64,000 nucleotides of DNA from Carcharhinus amblyrhynchos (lineage: Eukaryota): positions 69,316,001-69,380,000 of the forward strand of contig OZ336878.1 in assembly GCA_965287045.1 (NCBI GenBank), given 5' to 3'. This document shows positions 25,978 through 38,465 of this stretch, piece after piece (position 1 is the first letter of the stretch; each line of letters opens with the position of its first letter). Position numbers and translations under genes: made by a program. The notes below the pieces were generated by a model that was given only the letters and a program-made list of their open reading frames with translations, was not told where the DNA came from and searched no databases.

Positions 25978-26983
25978 GTACGTGAAAAGGCATGTTTTCC
26001 TTTTGGTGATTTTAAGGGTATTTCTTTAACAGGATAGACTGTGCCATACATGGCCTTTCCAATTCAATTTTTGGACAAGTCTGTTCAAACCATTTTTTTT
26101 AGCAAGGCACGGTTTTGAGTGGTTTCTGACATCTTAAAGTACTTAAACTGCAATTTGCATTTAATTTGAAATTTGGTCAACAACTTTGCCAGCAAACAAT
26201 AACTTATCCAAGTGAACTTGTGTGCTAAAAATATTGACAACGCTTAACCTGTGGAAATTGATGCGCTATTTTTATCCTTTTACATTGCCAAAGTTAGAAG
26301 AGCAACATTTTTTAAAATCATTATACCGATGTAAAGAAGCTGCGTGTTTTTCCTCTCCCATCAGTATAATGATTTTTACCTTGTGCTTTACACTTTTGTC
26401 ACTGCCAGAATTTGCATCATGTTTCCTAAATAGTTAAATATGGAGCTTATTCTAGTGAATAAATGAATGATGCAGAAAAAAAATTCTAAGTTCACAAAAT
26501 AGGTGACTCCTGCAAGCTGTACTGGCTCTGTGCAAGGCGCATACGCATGTGCACTGTACAAGTCCAAGTGTATGGGCAGCATCACATTTATAGTGGTTTA
26601 AACATTCCACAGTGTTTGAGGCATTATCAAAAAAGAAGATACAGAGCTAAGGAAGAATATATTGGGGGTGATAAAAAGAGGTGCATTTTGAGGAGTGTGC
26701 AGTGCACTTTAGTAGGGAAATTTCATTGTGAAGCCTAGGCATGTGAAGACATGGCTACAGATGGTGGAATTAAGGGAAGATGAATAAGACACCAAGGAGG
26801 AATCAAGAGCTAAGGTATGGAACTGGAGGCTGTTACAGAAATGTAAAGGAGCAAGGCCATGAACAATGTCCCAAACTGAGGTAATGGGAATGAGGAGTCA
26901 GTGCACGCAAATGAGGGCAGAATTTGACAAATGGGCAGGACTGGCTATTAGGTTGCAGGCAACAGAGTTTTTATTGAGCTTAA

Positions 26984-27210
26984 GCACAGTAAATAGTCTC
27001 AACACCAGTTTATAGTCCAACAGGCTTATTTGGTAGCATAAGTTTTTGGAGCGTTGCCCCTTTATCAGGTGAGTGAAGAGTTCAGTTCACAAAACCAAAT
27101 GATAGCACAAGCTCCGAAAGCTCATGCTACCAAATAAACTGTTGGACTTTAACCTGGTGTTGTGAGATACTAACTATGCCAACTCAGTCCAACAGCTGCA
27201 ACACCTCATC
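26984..27210. mobile_element. Second, more decayed copy of the fold-back Penelope-type element
   Basis: Homologous to 19021-19246 (ctcaacaccagtttatagtccaacagg / ctgttggactttaacctggtgttgtgaga); flanked by attgagcttaa / attgagctaaa. Confidence 0.78.
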
Positions 27211-27587
27211 ATTGAGCTAAAAGTTATGAGGGTGTGGGTTAAAAGCATGGCCAGGAGATCAATGGAATAGTGGAGTCCAGAAGTGAATACACTTTCAATG
27301 GAAATACTAGCTGCTGGATATGTTCATTTAGTGGGAGCAGTATGCTTGTGAATTTGGGTGAAAGGCATATTGGAGTGGAGTAGAAGGGGCTTTTCTCTGC
27401 TTTCCTTGAAAGTGATTATTACTGGTATCTACTGGTCAAATTGAGTGCTCCATTCTTTCACACAAATATCCCCATGAGCTCAAAATTAAATTTTTATTAA
27501 AAAGTCCTCATTAAGCATTTGATGCATTTTCCAGGATATACTGCTGCTGATATACTGAAATATTGAATATTGAAATATTGAAATACT

Positions 27588-27948
27588 GATGGATAGGATA
27601 GAGGTGGAGAGACTCTTCCCGCTCACAAAAGACAGTAGGACTAGGGGGCACAGCCTCAAGATAAAAGGGGGGCGGTTTAGAACGGAGTTGAGGAGGAACT
27701 TCTTCACTCAAAGGGTGGTGAATCTCTGGAATTCTCTGCCCGTTGAAGTGGTGGAGGCTGCCTCGCTAAATATTTTTAAGACGCGGGTTGATGGGTTTTT
27801 GATGGGAGAGGGGATTAGGGGTTATGGGGAGAGGGCGGGAAAGTGGAACTGAGCAGCGACAGATCAGCCATGATCTTATTGAATGGCGGGGCAGGCTCGA
27901 AGGGCTGGATGGCCTACTCCTGCTCCTATTTCTTATTATGTTCTTATG
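27588..27948 (+). mobile_element. Young CR1 3' end (same subfamily as 22237)
   Basis: MDRIEVERLFPLTKDSRTRGHSLKIKGGRFRTELRRNFFTQRVVNLWNSLP; (ttcttatg) tail. Confidence 0.92.
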
Positions 27949-28795
27949 ATGTCAGAGCAGCTGTCACAGTGTGCTGCTTCAATTTATATTATATCACTGT
28001 GACCATGTTTTCTTCATATGGCTTATTATTTTTATGAAGAATTTAACTCAAGTTCTTGGAATTTAATGGGTGGATTTGTAATCAAGTTTTGGAGATCAGG
28101 TCCGACAAACACTGGATGAAGTGGTAACTGGTGGTATTTATCCAAAAAAAAAGCATGAATAGGTTTCTATTATTTATTGAATCTTGTCCACTGATTACTT
28201 CGTATTTTGCTGAGTATTATCAGTAAAGTCAGCTGTACTTTTATAACATGGGTGGTGTCTGAAATGAACACTGGACATTTAAGGGCTGAAGCACTTGGAA
28301 TCCACTAAGCACTGCCATGCATCTAACTTGAGCTGGGAGTGATTAATGTTGGCATTTGAGCGCCTGGCCGAAGCTAATATTTAATTTATATCACCAACAT
28401 CACACTTTTTTGTTCAGTGCAAAGTTCATAGAAAATATCATGATTGTTGGGGAAGATGGAACAAAAATAGCCATCTTTATTTTAGAAAATGGGGTTTTTG
28501 TATTTTTAACATGTAGCTTTCACAAATCAAGAAATGGTAATTGTTTGACAATCGGTCGTTCTTAAACAGTGGGATCTGTAATTCAGGGGACAGATGTAAA
28601 TGATATGCAAGAATTAATCAATACATTTTCAGCTTAAAATAATCATGCAAAGTTGGTTTTGTACACTTCTTTCAGCAGGATACATTTTTTCCCATTTTCT
28701 TTTACCTGACTGGAGTGAAGGTTGAGGGCATGTAATGCACTGTTATCTTGAGGGGATGGTGGTTAGTTTCTTGATTGTATGGTTTGTGTGATTAG

Positions 28796-29001
28796 GCCTT
28801 TTGAAGAGAGAACGGCAATGATTGGTATTGATCCCACCAGCAGTAATATGGCTCATCATCCAGGGGAAAATAACAATACAGGCACAGCTACAAAGTCTAC
28901 TAAAGATGCAACTGGAAAGAAAAGAGAAGAATCCAAATCGGCTAAAAAACCAAAAGAAAAGCCTGATGCCCTGTCACAGTTTGATTTGAACAACTATGCT
29001 A
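28796..29001 (+). CDS. PRRC2C: PRRC2C coding exon
   Basis: attag|GCCTTTT...GCTA|gtgagt; ends DALSQFDLNNYA. Confidence 0.93.
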
Positions 29002-29673
29002 GTGAGTATTACTTCATTGTCAACAGTTGACTATAGTTTATGTATAAACCGTAATTCAGTTCTGATTTAATTACCCCATATTTATGAACAAACTGCCAAA
29101 TGTAAGTTTAACTAACTATTATAATGGTCTTATTAATCAAGGGAAGGACACATATCTTTCCTCAGATAACGAGTTGCCTCTGATGTTCCTTTGAAGGTGA
29201 CTGCTATCAAATATCCAAATTAGGAAATCATATTAGAGCTCCGTTGATGCCGTAATGGGGGTGTGTGGGTTTATAATCTTTCAGATTGCTGAATTTTTAG
29301 TCTTGGCTGTACCACCATAGAAGAGCATCACCTGGCCATTGATTTCTCCATAAGGAAGAAGCATCCGGGAAAGTTATCCCTGAGTAACTATCTCTCTGTG
29401 ACTGGTTTAGATTGAATTGGTTGTCTGACAGCTGGTTTTTCCATCCCTCTAGCTTAGTTACATGATAATGTGGTTTGGAGTCCCTCTAGTTTTCAGTGCA
29501 AATAGATCTCCCTGCTTTTCCTATGTAAAATGATTTTGTTTTTCTGGTGAGTGGAAAATTCTTGCTTCTGTGTTTGGTGAGCTGTTATTTTATTCTCATA
29601 TTCTGGAGAATAATGTCTGGTGTTGCAAATACCAATCAAGGTGGTTATGCTGCTATTTCATTTCTTGTTGTAG

Positions 29674-29828
29674 GTGTGGTGATCATTGATGATCACCCAG
29701 AAGTGACAACTGTTGAAGACTTGCAGTGTAGTACAACTGATGATGGATTTACTGAAGTTGTGTCAAAGAAACAGCAGAAACGTCTACAAGATGAGGAACG
29801 CAGAAAGAAGGAGGAGCAAGTTGTCCAG
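29674..29828 (+). CDS. PRRC2C: PRRC2C coding exon
   Basis: ttgtag|GTGTGG...GTCCAG|gtgacc; VVIIDDHPE...DDGFTEVVSKKQQKRLQDEERRKKEEQ. Confidence 0.95.
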
Positions 29829-30011
29829 GTGACCGATTTGATACGAAGAGTATTTACTTGAATATGCAGGCAGGAACAGTTCATGCTACGCCAAGCAAAT
29901 TCAGGCAGTTAACGTTCGCGACAAGCGAAAGTTTTAGCCAGTACTTCCATAAAACGGCATTACTCTCATTATCAAATCTATCATCGTTGACTAGAAACTT
30001 AGCTGCATTAA

Positions 30012-30880
30012 AAAACATACGAACTCAGCAGGAACAGGCAATTCGGCCACTCGAGCCTGCTCTGCCATTCGATATGATCATGGGTGATCTCGGCTTCAAC
30101 TCCACTTTCCTGCCCATTCTCCGTAACTCTTCAACTCATTAATGTCTGCCTATCTCAAATTTTTTCAATATCCTGGCATCCGCCACGCTTCAGGATAGAG
30201 AATTCCACAGACTCATGCCCCTTGGAGAGAAGTATTTTATCCTCTCTATTTTAAATCTGCTATCTGTTATCCTAAAACTATGATCTCTAAATTGCCCCAT
30301 GAGAAAAAACATCCTGTATATTTACTGAGTGCCCTATTTAGCATCTTGTATATTTCAACTAGATATCCCTCATTCTCGTAAGCTCGAGAGTTTAGCCCTA
30401 GACTGCTCAAACCTTCTTACAACAAACCCCTCATCTCTGGAATCAATCTAATGAACCTCCCCTGAACTACCTTCAATACAACTACATCCCTCCTCAAGGT
30501 GTCCAAAGCTGTGCACAATACTCCAGATGCAGTCTCATTAATCCCTTGTCCGGTTGCAGCAACACTTCCTGACTTTTATACTCTTTCTACAGCACTAAAT
30601 ACCAAAAATGCATTTGCCTTCCTTACTACCTGATGTACCTGCACGCTAATTTTCTCCGATTCACGCGTGAGGACACCTAGATTCCTCTGCAGTGAAGCAC
30701 TTTGATGTTTCTCTCCATTTAGATAAGAAATTACCTTTGTATTTTTCCAGCAGAAATGGATAACCTACATTTATCTGCGTTAAACTCCATCTGCCATGTT
30801 TTGGTCCACTCACCTAACCTATCCATGGCCATTGTAAATGGCTTATTTCTTGATCTCAACTTACTATCCCACTAATTTTA
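30012..30880 (-). mobile_element. Degenerate CR1 3' fragment
   Basis: aacatacgaactcagcaggaacaggcaattcggcc start and tgcacaatactccagatgcagtct (RLHLEYCA on - strand). Confidence 0.8.
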
Positions 30881-30984
30881 TTGTTGGGTAGTACTTATTA
30901 TGATGGCTATAAGAGCAGACAAGAAGTATGCATTCAGTAACAAATGACTCATATCTTGATGTCCCAAGGCTTGTCCACCATTAT

Positions 30985-31185
30985 AGAATCTCATCGAGTT
31001 ACACTGACTGCAATCCCATCCAGGCCCTTTCCCTGTAACCCCTCGTATTTACCCTGCTAATGCCCTAAGAAGCACTAAGGAGCAATTTAACATTACCATT
31101 CAATCTAATCTGCACATCTTTAGACAGCAGGAGGAAACCAGAGCAGCCGGAGGAAACCCAATCTGGCGCGGGGAGAATGTGAAGC
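30985..31185 (-). mobile_element. HE1-like SINE fragment
   Basis: Similar to 57195-57510 (tttaccctgctaat...ctgcacatcttt...ggaggaaaccca). Confidence 0.7.
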
Positions 31186-31282
31186 ACTGATCTGAAATTG
31201 GCTCTGTCCATTCCATTGATAGAATTTTTACATGTATTTGTATTAATAGTGTTACTTACAATGTATTTTGGTGTTTTTGCAG

Positions 31283-31694
31283 AGCTGGAACAAAAAGAAC
31301 GTGAATGAGAAAGGGAGAGGCCAGAGTTCTAAACTGCCACCACGATTTGCAAAAAAACAGCAACAGGCAGCCCAACAAGTACAGACACCAACTTCAGTCC
31401 AGTCACAAGTTCAACCCCAGCAACAGGCTGGGACCCTGACTTCAGCTACTGTTGCAACTCAAGATCCAGCACAAATTCCAATCTCTGCACCAACAGCATC
31501 TCCAACTGAAGCTCCCATTACAGTTCAAGAACAGTCTAAGGTGCAAGGAGGAAGCTGTGCATCAGGAAATAACACAGAGTGTTCAGTTTCAGGCAAGGCA
31601 GTGGCTCCTTCACAAGCACACAGCACACCAGAAACGGAGCTGTGGGACAACAAGATGAGTTCATCTGCTGTGCTTTCTGATATCACCACAAACT
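31283..31694 (+). CDS. PRRC2C: PRRC2C coding exon
   Basis: tttgcag|AGCTGG...AACT|gttagt; SWNKKN...SKLPPRFAKKQ...TELWDNK. Confidence 0.93.
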
Positions 31695-32297
31695 GTTAGT
31701 ATGGGTTATGTTTTCTTTAAGCTAATCATTATTTTGTTTCTTAATTTCTATTTGCGCCCTTTTGCATGTGCCACTTAAAATTTGTTTTATTTACCTTCTC
31801 AAAAAGCCATTGTTGTATCCCCATTTCTATGTCTCCATATTCATATTTTTCACATATTTATCCACTTTTCTTTTTAAAAGTCTTTCTTGGTTACACTTCC
31901 AATATTTGTTTCTCTGCTCAAGAGAATTTCTCCTAACCCAGCCATTTTTTCTCCTGTTAGTCTTAAATTTATGCCTACTAGTTACTGGCTGAGTGACCAT
32001 TGGAAATAGTCCTTCCTATTAAAAGTTCCCAGTGGACTAGTTACACTGTGGTAGTGACTGATCTTGATTCCTTCCTGTATCCTGACTGGCTTCCTAAGAT
32101 GAAAACCTGCCTGTCAGGTAGTCATGATAGGGATAGACAGACATACCCCTGAGTCATAATTGACTGGTGCTTCATTTATGTCTGACATTTCTTTGACCTT
32201 TGTATTCAGCAATTTATCATTGTCTTTTGCAAATATGTATATACAATGTCATTAATTATTCATGTGATTACTGGCCATAAACATTCATACGTTTTTA

Positions 32298-32445
32298 CGT
32301 TTATTAATGTCACAAGTAGGCTTACATTAACAAGTGAAGTTATTGTGAAAATCGCCTAGTCACCACACTCCGGCACCTGTTTGGGTACACTGAGGGAGAA
32401 TTTAGCGTGGCCAATGCACCTAACCAGCATGTCTTTCGGACTGCC
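32298..32445 (-). mobile_element. tRNA-SINE 3' fragment
   Basis: Reverse complement of the tail at 63500-63550 (gtaagcctacttgtgaca..aataaa). Confidence 0.75.
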
Positions 32446-32934
32446 ATCTGCCCACCCCTTGTAGGAACTTATTCTGCACTTGATTTGTATTGAATCTCCG
32501 ACATGCTTTTTAGAACAAAGATTTAGTTTATAAAAATATTTGACAGAGGTTTCTGTTAATACTCACTGATGGCCAATACTAGAAATTGGTTCAGAAGTTA
32601 GAGAATTACAGCTTATTTTTGTAAATGTAATTAAAGTTGCTGGAATCCCAAAAACTCTGGAAGTGCACGTCTTCCTCTAATTGCAACATTTCAGTTTGCA
32701 TTCCATGGATTTTTTAATTATTTGACCTTGACTGCATATGGTGGAGCAAATTTGAACAACAGTTAACGAGGTTACAGAACTGCTTATCTGGGAAGGATAT
32801 CAGAGAAAAAACTAATTGCAAGTCTGTTATGCGTTTACAAATGAAGATAGGAAATAGTGAGAAAGCTTTCTTTCGGAACGTGAGAAAAGACATAGTATAA
32901 AGTAAAATTACTCTAATTACACTTCTTTTTGTAG

Positions 32935-33020
32935 TGGGACCCATTAGCCCTCCACAGCCTCCACCTGTCAGTGCATGGAATAAGCCGTTGACTTCTTTTG
33001 GATCTTCGCCAACACCTGAG
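32935..33020 (+). CDS. PRRC2C: PRRC2C coding exon
   Basis: tttgtag|TGGGACCC...CCTGAG|gtaaga; GPISPPQPPPVSAWNKPLTSFGS. Confidence 0.93.
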
Positions 33021-33134
33021 GTAAGAGTAATTATTTGCAGAGTAATGAGTTAGATTTTTAAAAATGCCACTCTTGGTGCTTCAGCCTGAGTTGGAACACA
33101 TCACCTCTGAACAGGCAGCCCCTAATTTTTACTA

Positions 33135-34000
33135 GAGCAAAATACTGCAAATTCACAGAAAATGCTGGAAATACGCAATAAGTCAAGCGGCATTTATGGA
33201 GAAAGAGAAACAATTAATATGTCTGCCAGTGGCCTTGTATCAGAATTGAAAAAAGTTAGGTGTTACTGTTTTAAACAGCTACAGGGGGAAGGCCTGTGAT
33301 ACCGATTAAATTGGATAATGGTGTATGGTAAATGGAAATTGTAATGTGATGCCATGGATCAGGAAGTGTTATAATCAGGAATGGCAGAATTATCAGAAAC
33401 AGTAGCTGATCAAAAATGGGTCAAATGAGGTTAACTGTAGCTGTTGAACTCATTACATCTGGAAAGCTGAAAGGTGCATAAGATGTTATTCCTCGAGCTT
33501 ATGTTGAGCTTCACTGGAACAATGCAGGAGACTGAGAACAGAGCTGGGAGTGAAGCAGAGAATTAAGATAACAGATCATCGCCAACTGGGGTTATGTTTG
33601 TGGACTGAATCAAAGTGTTCTGCAAAGCTGTCAAGCAATCTGCATTTGGCCCCTGCGATGTAAAGGGACCCCACTGTAAGTAGTATATGAAGTACAAGTA
33701 ATTCACTGTTTGGCCTGGAAGGAATGTTTGGGATCCTGGATGCAAATGGGCAGGTGTTTGTGATAATTTTGCTATTGATATTTACAGTTCCTCTAGACCC
33801 ATTGTATCACATTCCCATCTTCTACCTTGCATCATAATCACTTTGTCATTTAGTCTCACTTTTGTTCTTCAGCCCATTTCCCACCTTGATTACTTGTTTA
33901 ATTTTTTCCAGTTCTGACTGAACGCTATTGACCTCAAACACAACCTGTCGTCCTCTCCAAATGTTCGCTAACCTACTGAGTATTTCCAGCATCTTTTTTA
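33135..34000. mobile_element. Decayed Penelope-type element with inverted termini
   Basis: Left end aaaatgctggaaatac..., right end ...gagtatttccagcatctttt (inverted); same family as 2495-2600. Confidence 0.55.
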
Positions 34001-35240
34001 TTATTCATTTCAACTGCCTAGTTCAAACTGCAGTTCACTTGGTCAGAAGCAAGCATTGTCTTGCACTCAAGAACAGAGTTGTTCTCTTTGCACATAAAAT
34101 GCAAATTTTTAACAAAAACAGCTTAGAGTATCTGGATCAATATTTTAATCAACTCCTGATGTCCCAAAACTTAATTGAGCATTTAATACTATATTGGATT
34201 TATACTCCATGCTACATTGAACAGTCATTGCAAAACTGCTTGCACAAGGATTTTATCCCACCTGTCAATAAAGTCCAATTGGAATCCTTTGAAATTGCAG
34301 TCTAAGCACCTCCACTATTTTAGATTTGATGTATTTTATTCTTCTGCAAGAATTGAATAGGTAATAAAGTGAAGTAAAAATCAGGTTTATGTCAGTTGGC
34401 CCAAGGTACTCCATGTGTACATGCACTGTTTTCAGAGGGGATCACAAATAGCGATGAAAAGTGAGATCCCCAGCAGGTACTTTCTTCTAATCTCACCTTC
34501 CCTGGCCACAAGCTCAGAGGACAATTATATAACCTTGGCTGAAACCAAAGGTCAATTGCTGGTCTGTAAAGCTCAGTACTACACTCAAAGGTGCACTCAT
34601 CACTGCAATACTTTGGAATGCTTTGTGTTAAACAGGGACAACATGCATTCTTTAGTATTGAAATTATAACCCTTTAAAAGGACAAAACATTTTTCAATTG
34701 AGCCACTTCTTAATTCATATTTGTACCATTCTAATTGGAGGTTTGGGGCACTTCAATTTCACAATTTGGCTCAATGTTTTACCTCTAAACATCGCTATCC
34801 TTTATTGGTTGTGCTAAAACACGATCAGGTATCCTGGAAACGTTATCAAAACTTAATTTCTGTGAGGCGAATGAGTTGTTTCAAAATATTTGTTTGTTGC
34901 TTCTTGTCATTTTCCATTTGTTTGCACTCAGCCAAAGGTTACAACTTAGCAACACCAAGGATTTTCTTAATCTATTTTTACTCTGACATTTCTTGTCCTG
35001 GGTTTTACTTGCTGAGCTTCAAGTTAGAGGAAAATAAATCAGTCGTCTGCCTTGTTCTGGCCTTTTAAGTGCAATAATAAATACTTGCTTTTAAAGAACT
35101 TGTGCTATATATCTACATTTGGTTATGAAATGTAATTCATTAATATTCATTACTGTGGTTTAGAATGTTGATCAGGAGTTGCTGACTGATGCAGTTGTTC
35201 AATGTGACTGCATAATATTGCTTTCCATTCTCCCCCTTAG

Positions 35241-35480
35241 GGAGTAGCTTCCAGTCAGGAAAGTGGAATTGAGCTTGCCATTGATTCAGGTCAGTTGGCT
35301 GCACCAAAAAGTAACACCACCGCCAGCACCACCTCAACAGCCACTACCACTACCACTACTGCTACAGCTGCAACAGAATGTGAAACATCCCTATTGGAAA
35401 AAGCAACTGAGAATAAGTTACTAGAACCAAAAGAGCAGAGACAGAAGCAGCCTCGTGCAGGCCCAATCAAAGCACAAAAG
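35241..35480 (+). CDS. PRRC2C: PRRC2C coding exon (Thr-rich tract)
   Basis: cccttag|GGAGTA...CAAAAG|gtaaag; ends KEQRQKQPRAGPIKAQK. Confidence 0.92.
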
Positions 35481-36556
35481 GTAAAGCACTTTCTTTGCAA
35501 ATTTCTTCAGAAATTATGGAGGGTGAAAGCACATGCTGTTTTTGGTGTGTAAATTGTCCAATTTGTGAATAGGAAGATCTACCTCCATGATTTGGTGAAT
35601 TACTGAATGATTTGTATCACTTCATTGTTAGCTTCATGAAAATGCAAACTCAACATCAGCCTCACTGGGAGTTTCAAGAAATTGTTGCATTTGTACATCA
35701 CTCATTTAATGCACCATAATAAGTTAGGGCTATACTTAGCAGTTCAAGTACCTTATTAATGCTGAGATTTACATTGCTGCAATGTTACTCAACCTCTCAA
35801 GTCCAGGAAAGGAACAATTGAAACTGGAATCTCAATTCTGCAGTAGTAAATGGTCCTTGGATAGTTTTAAATTAATTTCAAAAATTATTTTTGTCGTTCT
35901 TGCCTTCAATTGGATTTTCTGTTTTTCTGTACCTTCACACTCCTCATCCTTTTTTCCCCATGTTTCTTTCTCATTCCTTAAATCTTATTGGCTGAAGTGA
36001 TATATTGGTTCTGCTGTTTCACCAAGGTACCAGATACTGTATCCATCATCAGGTCACACATTCAGTAGTATGCAGCAGAAATTGTTTTTGACCTACAGGG
36101 TGAGAAAAATGTCCAACTAGAGCAACATACCATGAGGTGCCCCATTTCTGGGCCAATAAGTATATATTGTACAGTCGATAGTTTGACTTGTAGCCAAAAT
36201 ATGGTGCTATCCTGAGATTGTGTTGCAGAAAAATAATTTACCGGCTCCCTCCATCCTACCAAACTGTGTGCACAAACTCAGTGGGATCACGTTATCCAAT
36301 AGGTGGTGTAAACCAACAGAATGGTGTATACCCAGATTGAAGTGCAACTTCTTGATGATGTAAGATACTTTTCAGGATTTGTAATATTCATTTGTTAGAA
36401 GCTTGCTAAGTGCTAGCCACTCAATTTACTGGAACTTGATTGGCAGAGGTGGAGGCTGGAGTCAAATTTGTATTTATAACTTGGTGACTTGTAACAGACC
36501 AGGCATATTTAGAGCTGCTTTAAGTCACTACTTACAATTCTGGATCCTATTTCTAG

Positions 36557-36808
36557 CTTCCAGACTTGAACCCAGTGGAGAACAAAGAGCATAAACCAGG
36601 TCCTATTGGTAAGGAGCGCTCGATGAAAAACAGGAAAGTCAAAGACATACAGCAAACAGAAACAGAAGGAAAAGATGAGCCTCCAGCTGCTCCTGTTGGG
36701 AGCCCAGAGCCTGCAGTAACACAGGAGCCTAACATGGTAACTGAATTGAGCACTGAGGCAAAGACAATGATCGCTGTGCCAACGCCAGAATTTGAAGAAA
36801 ATTCAAAG
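36557..36808 (+). CDS. PRRC2C: PRRC2C coding exon
   Basis: ttctag|CTTCCA...TCAAAG|gtaatt; ENKEHKPGPIGKERSMKNRKVK. Confidence 0.94.
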
Positions 36809-37244
36809 GTAATTTAAAAATTAAATTGTTAACAATTTGATCAACTCTTATCCATAGCTACCAAAATACTTCCTATTGTGCAACAAAACCTGTTAATGGT
36901 TTTATAAACCAAAGGCTGTCAGTTATTAAATATTTATGAATAATCATTTTCTCATGTCATTTCTGTAGCTATTTATCGACTAATTATATAGAATCAAAGC
37001 TTTTTTTATATACCATGTGCATGCATTTAAGTTTCTCAGATTAACTTGAAAAATTGCAGTTTGATCTTTGCACTCTACTGAGTTAACTGATATCTGCCTG
37101 AGATGTTTACAGGAGTGCTTTAGGTAGTTTGCCTTAAAAATCTTCGGATTAAGAAGAAGAATGTCCCTTTATCACTATTCAATTGAAGCTGTGAGAACTA
37201 ATCATTAGCTAGTAGAACTAAAATTAAAATTTAAAATCAGTCTC

Positions 37245-37470
37245 TGTTTAAGACATATTTTTTGAATGTTTGTAGACCTTTGAAACTCTTCCCCCAGAAA
37301 ACGGTGGAATATTTTTGAGGTCATTAGATTCTTAACTAGCAGGAATGCCTAAGGTTACAGGCGGGTAGGTGGAATGTGGAGTTGAGGCTGCAATCAGATG
37401 AACCATGGTCTTACTGAATGGCAGAACAGGTCTTGAGGGCTCAAATGGTCTACTCCTAACTTGTATGTTT
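37245..37470 (+). mobile_element. CR1 3' tail remnant
   Basis: ...agatgaaccatggtcttactgaatggcagaacagg...atggtctactcct. Confidence 0.65.
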
Positions 37471-38197
37471 GCATTAGAGATGCATGCATTTAGATGTTAC
37501 TTCAGGGCAAAATAATAGTCGTAATTTCCCCTCATGATCATGTAGTCTAATAACATTCAATGTAAATGGTCACAAATAAATATAGCAACACATCAGCAAA
37601 GGTTCAGTATCGTGGGATGGAAAGAGTAGAATATTGGTACAAAGAAATGTTGGAGGTTGTGAATTATTGTGATTTTTTTAAAACATGAAGTAACTTACAT
37701 TGATTGACACACTATCAGCTGCTAATCAGACAGTCTGATCAGTGTTGACTGTCCCACTGAAGTTTCTGAGATGAGAATTATCCAACTTTATACAATGGAA
37801 AAAATGCAAATGACGGGCAATAGCACCAACATCAGAAGTCTTGTTGTAAAAGGGCATTCTCCAGTCAAACTAAACCATGATCGCTTCGGCATTAGGGAGA
37901 ATTTTATTTTGCCAGTCCTATTGAAGTAAAAATTGAGATCGATTTACAAACAAATATAAATTAACTTGGGTGTTTTTGTAAAATGCAACCACAAGTATCC
38001 AAAAGGAGTGAAAGTTGAAATAAACCAAGGAAGTATGTTTGAGTTACCGATCTTTCTTGGAGCGATTCAGTTACATTTTAACCCCAAATTAGCACTTGAT
38101 TTTGACTTTTTATTCCAATGAAAACTGTAATCTGCACTTAATGGAACAGTGTATGTACCTTTACAGTAAAGTTAAATGTTCAACAAGGTCAGCATCA

Positions 38198-38465
38198 GGA
38201 GAAGTGGTGGCCTAGTAGTATTATTGCTAGACTATTAATCCAGAAACTCAGCAAATGTTCTGGGGACCCGGTTTCGAATCCTGCCAAGGCAGATGGTGGA
38301 ATTTGAATTCAATTTTAAAAAACTGGAATTAAAAAACTAATGACCATGAAACCATTGTCGATTGTCGGAAAAACCCACCTAGTTTATTAATTAATTAGGG
38401 AATGAAATCTGTCGTTCTTACCTGGTCTGGCCTACATGTAACTCTAGAGCCGCAGCAATGTGGTT
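38198..38465 (+). mobile_element. tRNA-derived SINE, 5' part (continues at 40006-40095 after CR1 insertion)
   Basis: A-box-like tggcctagtag, B-box-like gtttcgaatcc; body resumes after the CR1 with atgtggttgactcttaactgccc. Confidence 0.75.

Noticed and set aside
29002-29673. Repeat-free intron searched for SNORA38 or SNORD62 homologues (hosted by PRRC2A and PRRC2B)
   Set aside because: No similarity recognisable by eye here or in other introns; a covariance-model search would be needed to exclude them
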